From the NCBI RefSeq assembly GCF_036321535.1, contig NC_087436.1, positions 122,824,001 to 122,888,000 of the forward strand: a stretch of DNA of 64,000 nucleotides, written 5' to 3'. This document shows, piece by piece, positions 1 to 11,789 of this stretch. The notes below the pieces were generated by a model. That model worked only from the letters and a program-made list of their open reading frames with translations, searched no databases and was not told where the DNA came from. A program made the position numbers and the translations under genes. Each line of letters begins with the position of its first letter. The stretch's first letter is position 1. The DNA comes from Camelus dromedarius. Its lineage: Eukaryota.

Positions 1-1502
1 AGCCAGTCTGGCGCCTGCGCGTAAGCCTGCACCAGTCCCGGGAGAGCGCCGCCCCTTTGTGGAGGGCCGCTCCTCCCCGCGGGCGGGTGTGGGGGCTTCT
101 TCCATGGCAGAGCTGTGAGAGCACAAGCCGTCCCGCGCAGATCGGCGCGGCCCTGTGGCCGGCTCCATCCGAGGAGGGTCCGGGGTGATGGAGGGGCAGG
201 GCACCTCCCACCGGTGGTTCAGAGCAAAGAGGATCCCTGGCGCAGGAGTCCAGGGCCAAGGTCGGACTGTGACCCGCTGCAGGCCCGGATGTCCAGCCAC
301 CCCACTTCCATCAAGGCTGCCCCCTCTTTGGTCCTTTGAGGACCCCAACGGTGGCTGCCCTCAGCCCTCTGCCCACTATCTGGAGACTCAGGGCCATGGG
401 GATGGTTTTGCTCTGCCTCCTCCTCTTTGGGCCCAGAAGAGGCTCAGAGGAGGCGGGAAGAGGCATCAGGTCTGCATCTGCCAGAGCACCGGCCACACCA
501 CCCCCAGTTGCTCTGGGCCAGGGCCCAGCTGGATTTGCAAAACTGGTTTTCCAGTAAAAGCAGCATCGGGGAGAAGCACTGAGAAGGGGCAGCTGCATGG
601 CCCCTCCGGTCGGCCTGCCCCAAGCAGCCGGGCTCCCCTTCTAAAGGAAAACATCTGGTCCTCTGGGCCTCTGCCCAGCACCCGGTGGAGGACCTCAGGC
701 CTCCATGACCAGCTCCACTCCCGGGCCGCCCCGCAGGCCTCTCCCCTGGTGCACAGCATGGGGCCCTGGCCACCTACCTCGCCCGGCAGCCCTGGCAGGG
801 ACGCTTCAGCATGGCCAGTGTTCCTCCCAGTCCCCGTCCCCGTCCCTTGTTCTCAGGCCCAAAGCACCGAGGCCCAGGTGCAAGTCCACCTCTGCTCCTA
901 GTCTTTTCCCAGACCCGCCGGCTGCCCCCACAGTCCACCTCCAACAGTGGCCAGAGGGGATTAAAGGACGACTCTGGCGGCATCACTCGACAGCTGGGAA
1001 GCATCTCTAGAGGAGCAGAAAGACAGGGTGCGGGTGCGGGGCCCCGCCCACAGCTGCCGGAGCTTCCGGGGCCCCTCTCCCCAGAGCACTGAAGCCACCC
1101 TGCCTCTTCCCTTCCGCAGGGGCTGTGGACTCTGCTTTTTTTTTTAACTCATCAATGCCCCTGGTGACGTCTGCTTGGGGCTCCAGGGGAGACGAGTCAC
1201 TGTTAATTTCCCCGGCCCCTCCTCAGCCCTTCCCACCTCCTGCTGTCGCAAACACTGCAGCCTGTGCCTTGTCCTTGGGGCATTGTCCTGGGGGAACAGT
1301 CTTGCAGAGTGGATTCCCAGGTGTGGAACAGCTAATCCAAGACACACAGCCATGTAATCTGGGGAGGCATTCCCCAGCTGGCCATTATACACTCCTAACC
1401 TCATGAGAGCGCTGCTCCCCGACAGCCACCCAGACCCTGGGAGTCACCAGACTTCACAATTCTTGTCGCCGCAGCAGTGAGAGACCGCACCTCTGTCTCG
1501 CT

Positions 1503-1504
1503 GT

Positions 1505-1535
<31 letters not shown>

Positions 1536-1546
1536 AGTGTGTGTGT
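1503..1546. repeat. (TG)n microsatellite
   Basis: About 22 TG units with two interruptions, directly visible. Confidence 0.95.
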
Positions 1547-3649
1547 CTGGCACCAGAGAGGCTGCAGACCGCCCAGGTCTCTGCGTCCTAGGGTTGTCTT
1601 TGCTTACTTTCTAGTTGGGAAACTGCGGCTGCTCCTTCTCCCCAACTTGCAGGACTCTTTGCAGATGAAGGGACTGGACTTTCATCCGGTTTCCGCACTG
1701 GCTGTGTGTTTGTTCACGTACATGTTTACCGACTTTCCACTGGAGGGTCGGCCCCAGGACCTTGGCCTTAATTCCCGGAGCAGGACGTCCTCTTCACCCG
1801 GGAGCCTGCCCCCAGGTTCCCCAGCCCCCATGCACACTGCCTCCTGGAGCCTGTCCCACCCAGACCCGGAGCCCAGGCTCAGATGAGACTCTCCTTGCCC
1901 CGTGCCCATGAGCACTTGCAGTCTGCCAGGGATGGAGGCCGGGGCAGGCCCAGATGGAGAGGCTGGTGTGCCCCCTGGTCCCCCGGCAGCCCCGGCAGGC
2001 TCCCTGTCCACTGTCATGGACCAGGGCCTTTGGCGCAGGGCAGCTGGGTCCAGAAACTGAGATTTGCCTTGGAGGAAACAGCAGGGTCGGGGGCTGGCTT
2101 GGTGCCTGGAGCCCGGAGCCCCTCCGCCCTGGAGGTGGGGGCAGACAGACCTGTTCCTTTCTGCCCTTGAAGGTGAAATGCATTGTCCTCTGGAAACTTT
2201 GAGTCTACCGGGACCCCGGCGGCTTCCCTCACTGGCCTTGTATCTCCTGCTCGGCCCTAGGCAGCCCCCCAGCCCCACAACAGCCCCATCACTCTTGAGC
2301 AGCCCTGCCCCCACCCCATGGCCCTGCCCCAGGAAGGGGCCCCTCCCAGCTCCTCCTCCTGCGGGCCTCCTGCCAGGGCAGTGCTGAGCTGGGTCCAGAC
2401 GCGGAGTTAGTCCTGCCCCTCCCACCCAGGCACAGGGAGGAGGAGGGGGGCTGGGCGGGCGGGGGCAGGCAGAGGAGGTCCCTGTGGTGGGGCTAGGCCT
2501 GGCTCTTAGGGAAGCCAGGCTGAGGAGAGAAAGTCCATCTCCATTCTGCTCTGGGGATTTGGAGATCCTGCATCCACCCCCGACACCGTGAGTCTCCAGG
2601 CTTCCAGCCTCAGTGTCCCCATCTGAGCAGTGGGTGGTCACTGCCCCCAAGGGCCATTGCTGTCTGTCCAGCGCACCATTCCCTGCAGCTGCCCTGGGGG
2701 CCTGTGACCAGGTGGGGGTAGGCCGGGGGCTGTGGCCCATGCTCAGGGCTGGGGGCCAGCTTTCCAATAAAAGCAGTGAGTGTTTTAGCAAATGGAAGAT
2801 CCTGGAAGTTGCTGAGGGAAAAGCAGTCCATGTGCCCAGCGGGCCTGGCTGTGCGACCAGCAGGGAGGGGCAGCTGCCCGGGCTCCCTGCACTCCCGGGA
2901 GAGGCGGGCATTGGCTGAGCACTTGCGGGGAGGTTCTCAGATGGCCCTGGAGGGGCCAGAGGGGGCCAGGCCCCTGCCACAGAGGCCACGGTCTGGGCAC
3001 TGGCCTTCTTGGGGATGGAGTTCCCACAGCCAGAGGAGCAGTGGCAGGGCCTGGTGCTAGGGGTGTCACGTCGGGGCCTGGGTGGTGGGCAGCCGGGCCA
3101 CTTATGAGGGAGGCATCCAGGTGACCCCAACCTCCCATGGCCACTGTCCCAGCAGGTAAACACATCAGGAGGCCTGGCCAGGCAGGGTGAGCCCAGCAGG
3201 TGTGGATGGGGCCCTGGGATGGTGGGTTCTGGGCTGCTGTTTGTGACCCTAAAGCCTGATGCCCATCCAGGGCCCCCAAGGGCCAGGCCCACTCCCCATG
3301 GCGCAGCTCTCATGAGAACATGGGCTAAGAAGCGGGATCAGCAGAGTTGCCTCTGGGGCTGCTGGGAAGAGGCCCCAGCTTGGAGGCCCCCCAGGGTGAT
3401 GCCAACTCAGGCACCTTCACAGCCATGCCCTGGCACCTAGGTGCCCCAGTCCTCCACCCACTGAGTCCTGTCCACGTGCCCCCGAACCACGCCTGAGCTC
3501 AGCTGGGCCACACTGGGAATGGTGGCGAGGGCCCGGTGGGGTCTCCCACCTCAGCCAGAGATGGGCCTTGCCTCCCTGCCAGGAGCCCCAGAAGTAACTC
3601 AGAACACAGACCCCACTATGACTGGCTGTGAGCCCATGAATGGCCAGAA

Positions 3650-5000
3650 CAGTCAGAAGACACAGGTGAATTCAGGAGGGCAGTTGTGCACAACATTTAT
3701 GTCCAGAACTTGGCATTTTTCAAATTCAAGCAGCTTCCAATGAAAAGAGATGCTGAGGAGAATGCATCACTGACAACAGCAATAAAGATTGTACGTTGTC
3801 TAAGCAGGAACTTTGCTCACCAGATCCACAGGGAAAACCCCGAAAGGTGGCCAGTGGCCACGTGGCACCTTGGAAGGGCATGTTCTGCCCAAGAGGGAGG
3901 CCAGCACCCAGGGGCATCATTTCATCCTGAGTTCATTTAAATGTGGTGCCAGCCAATTAAAGCACCAAGAATTTCTCTATAAGGTGAGTTGGATAGAAGG
4001 TCAATGTTGCAAAATCATGTAAGAAGAGCCAAGAAAAGTCTTTTGGGAAGGAGCCGTGAGGACCCTGCCTCTCCCGGGTGTCAGCAGGCTCTCCCACGCC
4101 CAGGGGAGCGGGGCCTCGGCGCAGGGGACGGAGGCGCGCAAGAGGCAGCAGCTCCACCGGGGCGGGCGGGTAGGGCTAACAGCGCCAGGCCACCCCCTCG
4201 GGTTCTTACCCCAAGGACCTGTGGCAAAGACAGTTGACGCCCCTCAAATATGCCAGGGGCCCCCAGCAAGGGGGTGGAGGTTCACGTGACTGTTCCTGGC
4301 CAAGGGCAGAGGCGATGTTTGTCACCACCGGGGAGGCAATTAAAAACCGAGCGCTATGACCTAGAAGCCAACAGTCAAAAGAAACAGCTGAAAGAGAGAA
4401 CGGGCGAGCAAAGACTCGCGTGCACGGTTTCCTAGTAATTCATACAGACGGCTGGCGGGCACACGCCTAACCCCAACCCTCACAGGGCAGCAGGGAAGCA
4501 AATCCAGGTGAGACCGGGCTTCACACCCACCCGGACGGCCGCAAGCAGGTGCTAACAAGAGCTGGCAGGGCGCTGCGGGGGCCGAGGTCCGCACGCCCAA
4601 ATGTGAGACAGTCACCACGCGGCCAGCAGTCCCACTTCTCAGCGTAAACCCAGGGTCCGGAACTGTCCACACAAAAATCCACGCACAGGTGCTCACGGCA
4701 GCGTTCACAGTAGCTGAAACGCGGAGCCAGCCCGACGTCATCGACAGACGAACCCAGCGTGGTCCAGCAGCCCCAGAACACTGGTCAGCCCTGAAAAGGA
4801 GGCCTGTCCTGGCTCCTGCGTGGATTTGGATGAAACCTGAAAACATCGCGTGCCGCGGAAGACGCTGTGCGGATTTCTTCTGGGAGAGATGGAAAATGTT
4901 TCGGAACCAGAGAGAGGTGACTGTCGTAGGAACTTGCGAGTAAACTACAAGCCACCCAATCGCACACTTTCAAAGGGGGAATTCAGGTTTTGTGCGTTAC
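3650..5000 (+). mobile_element. Old, highly diverged and GC-enriched LINE-1 fragments (ORF2 3' end and 3' UTR)
   Basis: L1 3'-end landmarks are still recognisable: 'ccagcagtcccacttctcagcgtaaacccag', 'tgtccacacaaaaatccacgcacaggtgctcacggcagcgttcacagtagctgaaac', 'tggatgaaacctgaaaacat', 'ttcaggttttgtgcgttacatctcagt'. Boundaries are approximate. Confidence 0.7.
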
Positions 5001-6899
5001 ATCTCAGTGAAGCCCCTGCTTTGAGAAGCACCAGTGTCCTCCGTCCATCTGTCCCTGGGGCCCACGCCAAGGCGGCAGCACCAGCGAGGTGGAGGCTGTG
5101 CGGGTCCCTAGTGTGGCGGCCCGCCCCCAGACTGCCCTCCGGCGAGGGCGCTTCTCCGGGAGGCTGTGCCAACCCTCTGCCCTTCTTCCCATAGTGGAGC
5201 CTCCCACGTGGCTTTGTGGGGCCGGCCCTGCGCTCCTTGGATGGTGGACGTAGGCCTAGCTCCCTGGAGGACCCCACGCCCCTGTCCAGGGGGATCACCC
5301 CGGCAGGAAGGGTCCTCCTCACACTGCAGGCCGGAAGGAACGCCAGTGGGGTGGAGGGTAACCCCCTCCTCACAGAGCAGGCGTCAGCCCAGGGAGGAGG
5401 GGGAGGGGAGGAGGGCTCCTCCACCCCACCCCACCTTGCTGCTCCCCTCAGCCCCTCCTGTTCTCCCCTCCCCTCCCCCCTCCCCTCCCCCTCCTCCATG
5501 CTCCCCGCCACACCTGCTCTGCTGGTGTCCCCTCTCTGTCCTCCCCACAGGGCTGCCCTTTGGAGCCGGTCTTGGGCAGGGGCAGTGATGGACGGGGCAC
5601 ACACACCTGGCCTGCAGCTGTGGCCTCGGGCTTTCCTGATGAAAGACAAGGGGCAGCCGGTGCCAGGCGGGCTGCGCCGCCCTGATGGGGAACAGCTGTT
5701 AGCCTCGGGGCTGCCAGCGGGAACCACATTCCCTAAGCAGTTAGCTCATGGTTTACACATTCTCTGCAGACTGACGCTATGTCACGGGGAGCTGGACAGA
5801 TCCTGGGTGCCAAGCCAATACCCGCCCAGAACCTCTCCTTCAGGACCTGGGCCCCAGGCTGCTTGTTTTGAGGCCAGACCTCTTCCTGGGGGCCACAGCC
5901 CCTTGCCCGGGGGCAGATCCCTGCGCTCATCGCCCTGGCCCTCCCGGCGCCCCCGCTCGAGCCCCCCCAGCTGCTGGAGGTGATCTGCTCCATCACCAAG
6001 ATGTTATTTATTTGTGACGTAATCAAGCCGCCGTTTTCCCCATCAACTGTAAATCTGGCTTTGTCAGTCAAGAACTTCTCACACATTCCAGAAGCTGACT
6101 CCAGCTCTCTTCTGGACATCAGATGACTTACTCTCCACGTCAACAGCACACGGATGGGATGTCCGTGGTTTTAGGTGTGTTCTGAGTTGTGCAAACTCCA
6201 CCACCAAGGTGAGCTGGCACTTCATGCTTCTCACGTTGCACGTTAACTCTCTCACCCTACAGCCCCCACGAGGCAGGTGTGGGACCCAAGGCTGATGCTA
6301 AGTCACCGCCCAGGGCCACGTGGCTGGCGACAGGCAGGGCCAGGATCTGGACCGGGGGCCCTGCCCCTTGGCTCCTGCCCTCCACGTGCACCTCAGGTGC
6401 TTCCACAGTGACTGTTGCGGGAAGCGTGTGCACCTGCTGTGTCGGGGTCTAAGCCCTCCCAGAGCTGAGTCCTTCCACCCGCTCAGGCCTTTGCACTGCA
6501 GAATGTGTGGCTCTGCCCGTGGAGCCTCTGTCACTGTGAGGAGACCACTGCTCACCACGCCCGGCCCCGCCTGGGACGCTGAGCTCTCACTGCGCACACG
6601 GTGGGGCTGCGCTCAGCCCCCTGCTGCCAAGTGAGGCCTGGCCATGCGGTGACCACGAGAACCAGACAGGGCGACGTGGGCCACTTCCTGGAGCCGCTGT
6701 CTCCCAACCTTCGCCTCCTGCGGGCCGGAATCTGCAGCCTAGGCCACAGCCCCCGGCTGGGGTGGGTGTGGAAGGAGCCGGGTCCGGGTGTGGGGCCGTG
6801 GAGCGGCCAGCAGGCAGGAGCGCTGTGAATGCCTTTGGCCTTCCTGTCACCCCACGGTGGGGGCTGCTCGACACCACACCGTCGCCTCTGCTGTGAACC

Positions 6900-8800
6900 G
6901 AACCTCCCCACTCCCGTCAGTAGGAGACTGTCGCTTCAGGAGTCGCCCGTTCTCGCGTATTCGTCTGGGATCGTTTTTCTTACTCATTTTTAATTTTTAA
7001 AACTAGGATGCGGGGCAGTCTTTAGATTTACAACCTCTCCATACTCATAGTTCTACTATTTCTGAAGTTGCTGTCACTCATTTGATTTTCTTATCTTACT
7101 GCATTTGCTAGAACCTCCAAGAAAACCTTGAATGACAACAAAGGGGACGATCGCTGGCTGCTCCTGCGTTTTTGAGACAGTTTTGAGTTTCCCGCGTAGC
7201 AGCGATCTCGGCCTCCGCCGTGGGCAGTCTTTTCTTTCTTCTTCTAGTTTAGTGTTATTAGTAACAGTGGTTGCTGAGTTTTGTCTCCTTTCTTTCCAGG
7301 GTTTATCGATTTGGTTTGATGGGTGTGCTACTTTGTTCCCGCAGTTGCTTGGGTGACTCGTTGGGCCGCGGGGAGCCTGGCCTTGGCCGGCCGTGATGCG
7401 CAGCCTTGCAGGCGTCCTGGCTTCTGTTTGCTAGCCCCTTGTTTGGGTTCTTTCTCATCTTCACTTATAAGTGCTTTTTTCCTATAGCTTTCTTTTTTTG
7501 CACTACATTGAGTTTTGTGTCAGATTCCACTGGTTTCTTGAGGTGAATTACATTTTTCCACCTTTTTATGTGTCTTGGAAAAGTTAAAATAACCCTGGAC
7601 TAACTTTCCTTGTAACTTCGGCTGAGCTCATACTCAGCTGTGAACATGTTTCCCCGTCCGTTCACCGTGAGCCGTCTTGCCGGGTCCCCGTGTCTGCGCA
7701 CTCGTGTTCCACGTTAGGTCACTGCGGTAACGGGCATCCCGGGGGCTGCCCGTCTGCTCCGGGCTCTGACGGCCGCCCAGACTTGCGGGTTGTGCTCCTG
7801 TGTCTCTCTCCCCGCATCTTCTGTCCCTGGGTCCCCTTTCTCCTTCCTAATTATAGGTGGGTTTCTAAATTTTATACACAAATTCTAACTGAGGCCATCC
7901 TTCCTTAATCAGGCTTTGGGGCAAGGCCAAAGGTTTCCATTTTATTTGCTTTTAGGAAAAAAAAGCTTTATCATTTCTCCTTTTCACTTGTTTGTTTTCT
8001 ACTGAATTTCTGGTTTTATCTTCGTAATTTTCTCTTTCTACTTTTTAAAATGCACCTGATTGCTCTCGTTCTAATTCCCTGGGATGGGCGCAGCGTCCCC
8101 ACTGCGGGCCCCTCCCCCGCGCGTCTGGGCGCCTGGGCTCCGCTGGGGCGTGTTTACACCGTGGCTTTCCAGAGAGCCTGCGTGATCAGATCCGACTTTC
8201 CGCTTTACCTAAGGGCCACCTAGGAAGCGACTTGCTTAGCTCCTCAGTGGTTAAGATTGGGGGTATGTTTGTGATGCTTTTTGCTAATTATTTGAAATTT
8301 TGTTGGATTATAATAAGAGCATCTGGTTAGCCTCCTCTCCTGCTAACTGAGGTGTGGGCGAGCCCACGTCACTGCCTCGGAAAGCACGACATTTTCTCTC
8401 TGAGGAACATGAGATCTGCGTCCACACCCACATCTGCTTGTGTTTTTCAGTTGCCACGACACCTAGTTATGAAGAGATGGGGAATTCCCGTGTGTGTGTC
8501 CGTCAGCCCGTGTTTTACACTTCAGTGGCTTTGAGTTTAGCCCTGTGTTTTCGGGCACATGTGTCTACAACTCCCTGCCGTCCATGCGCTCACTGGGCGC
8601 GCATGTTAGCGTGACAGGGAGCACCTGTGCTGGCCTCCTCGCCCGCCCCACTCCCTGCCCACCCAGCCTCCCTGGACGTCACCTTGTGTCCTCTGTTCTG
8701 ATTTGCAGTCATCGCTGGTCTTTTTCCGGAATTCTCCTTGGATGAGGCTTGTAGGTGACAAACACATGGATTTTTCTGTGCTCACAGTGACTAACCCTGG
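6900..8800 (-). mobile_element. Ancient L1 remnant (L1ME-like)
   Basis: T-rich strand with degenerate antisense L1 ORF2 motifs such as 'ttatcttactgcatttgctagaacctcc' and 'ttgcttttagg'. Family and limits are uncertain. Confidence 0.5.
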
Positions 8801-10691
8801 GCTGGTGTGTCCTGCCTGGGCATGTACCCTCCTTCTGTGACCTGGAGGTGACTTTTCACCATCCTCTGCCTCCAGGGCTGCAGATCAGATCTCCAGGCCT
8901 CATTCATATTTCTTGAAGTAACGTGTTCCTTCTGTCACTGAGCACGAAACTGCCCCCACCCTGGCTGCACCACCCGCCCATCCGGGGAGGGCATGGCCCA
9001 GGAGGAGGAGAAGCTGGGGCCCTGAGAGGCACTGCCCTGAGGGGACGTGCCCAGGGAGTGGAGGGGCCAGACCCGCCCTGGCCTCTCTGGCCGCAGAGAG
9101 CACTCCCTCCTGCAGGTGTCCCCAGTGGGGAAGTGGGAGAGGCTGCTCACCCCCCCACCCTGGCCAGTCCCGGCAGCAGGCCGCAGCTGGGCTCCCTCTG
9201 CGTGTGACTCCATGGCCCGCAGAGAAGGCAGAGGACGGGTGGGTGAAGGGTGGTGGATCAGGTGGAGGGAACACCCCCAACTCAGACCACAGCAAAGCTG
9301 AGACTGACCACCTTCAACAAGAGGAGTGCAGGGCAGCCCCCCGCCAGGCCCTGTGGGGTCCAGGGGCATCCTCTTCCCTGCTCGGCTTTCCCCAGGGGGG
9401 CTGTGCCCCCAGACAGCAATGAGACCCTCCCAGACCTATGGGGAGGACCATTGGCTGCGGTCAGGATGTCAGGACATTAGTGTCCAGTTGTGGCCCCTCC
9501 CCCATGGAGGGCAAGACCCCCAGATCGGGGTGGGGCCCAGAGAAGGGAACAGGACAGGTGGTCCCGAGGAGGACCTGAGGAATCTCTGGGCCCAGGTGGC
9601 CATTCCCGGTGACTCAGGCCTGAACGCAGCCACCAACATGGGAGCACCCCTGACCTGACCCCAAGAAGGACGCCTGCCCCTGCCACCCCAAGGGATTCCT
9701 GACTGAACCAGCCTCCTACCAGCACAGAGCAGCAGACCCAACGCGGACACTGCCCGACACCTGGTCAGCACCCTCTGAGCCACCCGGGACTCGGGGGTCC
9801 TCGAGGCAGCCGAGGGGTCTGGGGGGGTCCTGCAAGGAGGGACGCTGGCCGGGCAACTGCTGACGTTCAGCAGTGACAGGTGCCAGCATTGACGGCCCGT
9901 CCAGGGCACTCCGAGCCTTGACGTTGGAGGAAGCTGGTGGAGGGTTCAGGCAACTCAAGCATGTCTGCAGCTTCTCAGAGTCTAAAATTATCCCAGAAAC
10001 AAAATTTTTCACAAGAATCTTGACAGTAGAGCTGGCATGGAGAGAGGCGTTTGTGATCTGCCTGGAGGAGCCCCGTCCCCCCATCTCCCCCTGGTTCCGC
10101 CCAGAGGACACCGAGCTCACCAAGCGGTGGATGCCCGAGCCACCCTCTCCCGGTCCCGACACAGGCCCTGGGACCTGGGGGGGGGGGCTCTGCGGCCCCC
10201 GCCCCTGAATCGACCAGTCCTCTGAGCCTCAGCCCCCTCACCTGTGTGTGGCTGCTGGCGGGGCGGGTGGAGGGCAGGCAGATGGACTTTCTCCAAGTCC
10301 CCAGGAGTGAGGCTCACCTTCTGTGCTTGTGAGACACCCTGCAGGAATGGAGCGGACGCGTCACCAAGTGCGCGGGGGGCTCCGAGCCCCCCTCCAGGCT
10401 CTGGTCTCCATGGTCTGTGGGGGCAGCAGGGGCTCCACTTCGGGGCACCCTCCCAAATTCAGGCATGTGGCTCCCCACAAGCAGAGTCCTGGAGCTGTGA
10501 GGAGGGTCGGGGCTCCCCGGGCAGCTGGGGGGACCCAGGACTCTAGGAGGTGGTGCAGACAGCCTGCAGGGTTGGGGCGCTAGAGAGTGGGCGGCAGAGG
10601 TGCCCCTGGGCGGGTCAGGCCTGGTCAGGTGCCCTGGGCAGGGAGGGGCTTGGGAGGGTATGGGCAGGCCTAACCCCCAACATGCCAGCCA

Positions 10692-10733
10692 GGCCCAGTC
10701 TGGCCCAGTCTGGCCCAGTCTGACCCAGTCTGG
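10692..10733. repeat. 10-bp tandem repeat (ggcccagtct) x ~4
   Basis: Directly visible: ggcccagtc tggcccagtc tggcccagtc tgacccagtc tgg. Confidence 0.85.
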
Positions 10734-11789
10734 CAGAGCAGCAGGAAGGAAGTGCCTCAGAGACCTTGGGCGTCTGGGGACGGGGGTCCCCTGCCTCCTG
10801 AGCATGCACTGGGGTGGGGGCCACTGTGGGCTGGGGCCCTGCCAGGCAGCCCAAGTGCGTACTTGTCCTTCAGTTGGCTCTGGCTCCGGCTCCAGGCCAC
10901 GTGAACAAATGCAACCCACATTTCCGCTCTGCCTGTGCCCAGGCAGAGAGCCCGCCACCACGAGGCTGGAGCCGGACGTTGGGCTGCAGGGAGGTGGGCC
11001 AACAGCGCTCGCTCAGAGTTTCCAGGCTGGGAAGTGGGTCCTGAGTGGGAGGGAGGCCTCCCCTGGTCCTCCAGGGTGCTGGCCTCGAGGGGCTGGGGGC
11101 AGGAACAGCCTTGCCAGGAGGCAGCTGAGGGACAGGGACAGAGCCTCCCCTCCACTGCTGGAGCCCCTCCCCCCGGGGCTGGTCCTGAAGCTCCCACCAG
11201 GGGTCTGCCCCTCAGATGCTGCCCACATCGGCGAGGCTGGAGGGAGGACCCCTGGACCCGGGGCCATGGGGACTGATGGCCCTGAAGACTCGGACTGGGA
11301 CACTCCCAACATGGCCACCCGGGCGGCTCTGGAAGTCCCGGCCCAGCAGTGCAACACCCCTGCCTCAGGACACCAGATGGACAGCGGAAGCGCGGCTCCA
11401 GGCACGCTCAGGCCACTGATGAGGCCAGCAAAGGAGATGTGGGTCCCGGTGGGGAACCAGGAGCCAGGGCACTGGTCCCCTGGGGGCACAGGTGACATGA
11501 GCACCCGGCTTGCTCAGACTCGCCAGCTGCAGCTGCCGTGGACCCTTGGCTAATGTGTGAACCGAGGTCTTGGGAACAAGCCCACTCACGCCTCCCCTCA
11601 CCTACCAGCTGCGAGCCAAACCTGGGTGGGCAAAGCCCAGGGGCGACACAAGCCTCACACCCTGCCCCATCTGTGGCATCGCAGACGTGGCCCCGGGGGC
11701 CGGGGTTCACTGGGGGTGGGACGCTGCTGCCTCTCCTGCAACTGGGTCGTCCAACCTCCTCCCCTGGACTGCGAGCTCCCGGGTCTGCT

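Noticed and set aside
155..901. 248-aa ORF and overlapping ORFs on both strands
   Set aside because: No family similarity recognised and no coherent splice structure; CTBP1 coding sequence, expected nearby by synteny, was not found in the window.
1682..3313. 543-aa minus-strand ORF
   Set aside because: Pro/Gly/Ala/Arg-rich with no recognisable domain; expected by chance in stop-poor, very GC-rich DNA.
10600..11553. 317-aa + strand ORF
   Set aside because: Composition is typical of GC-rich non-coding DNA; it has a non-ATG start and includes a tandem repeat.
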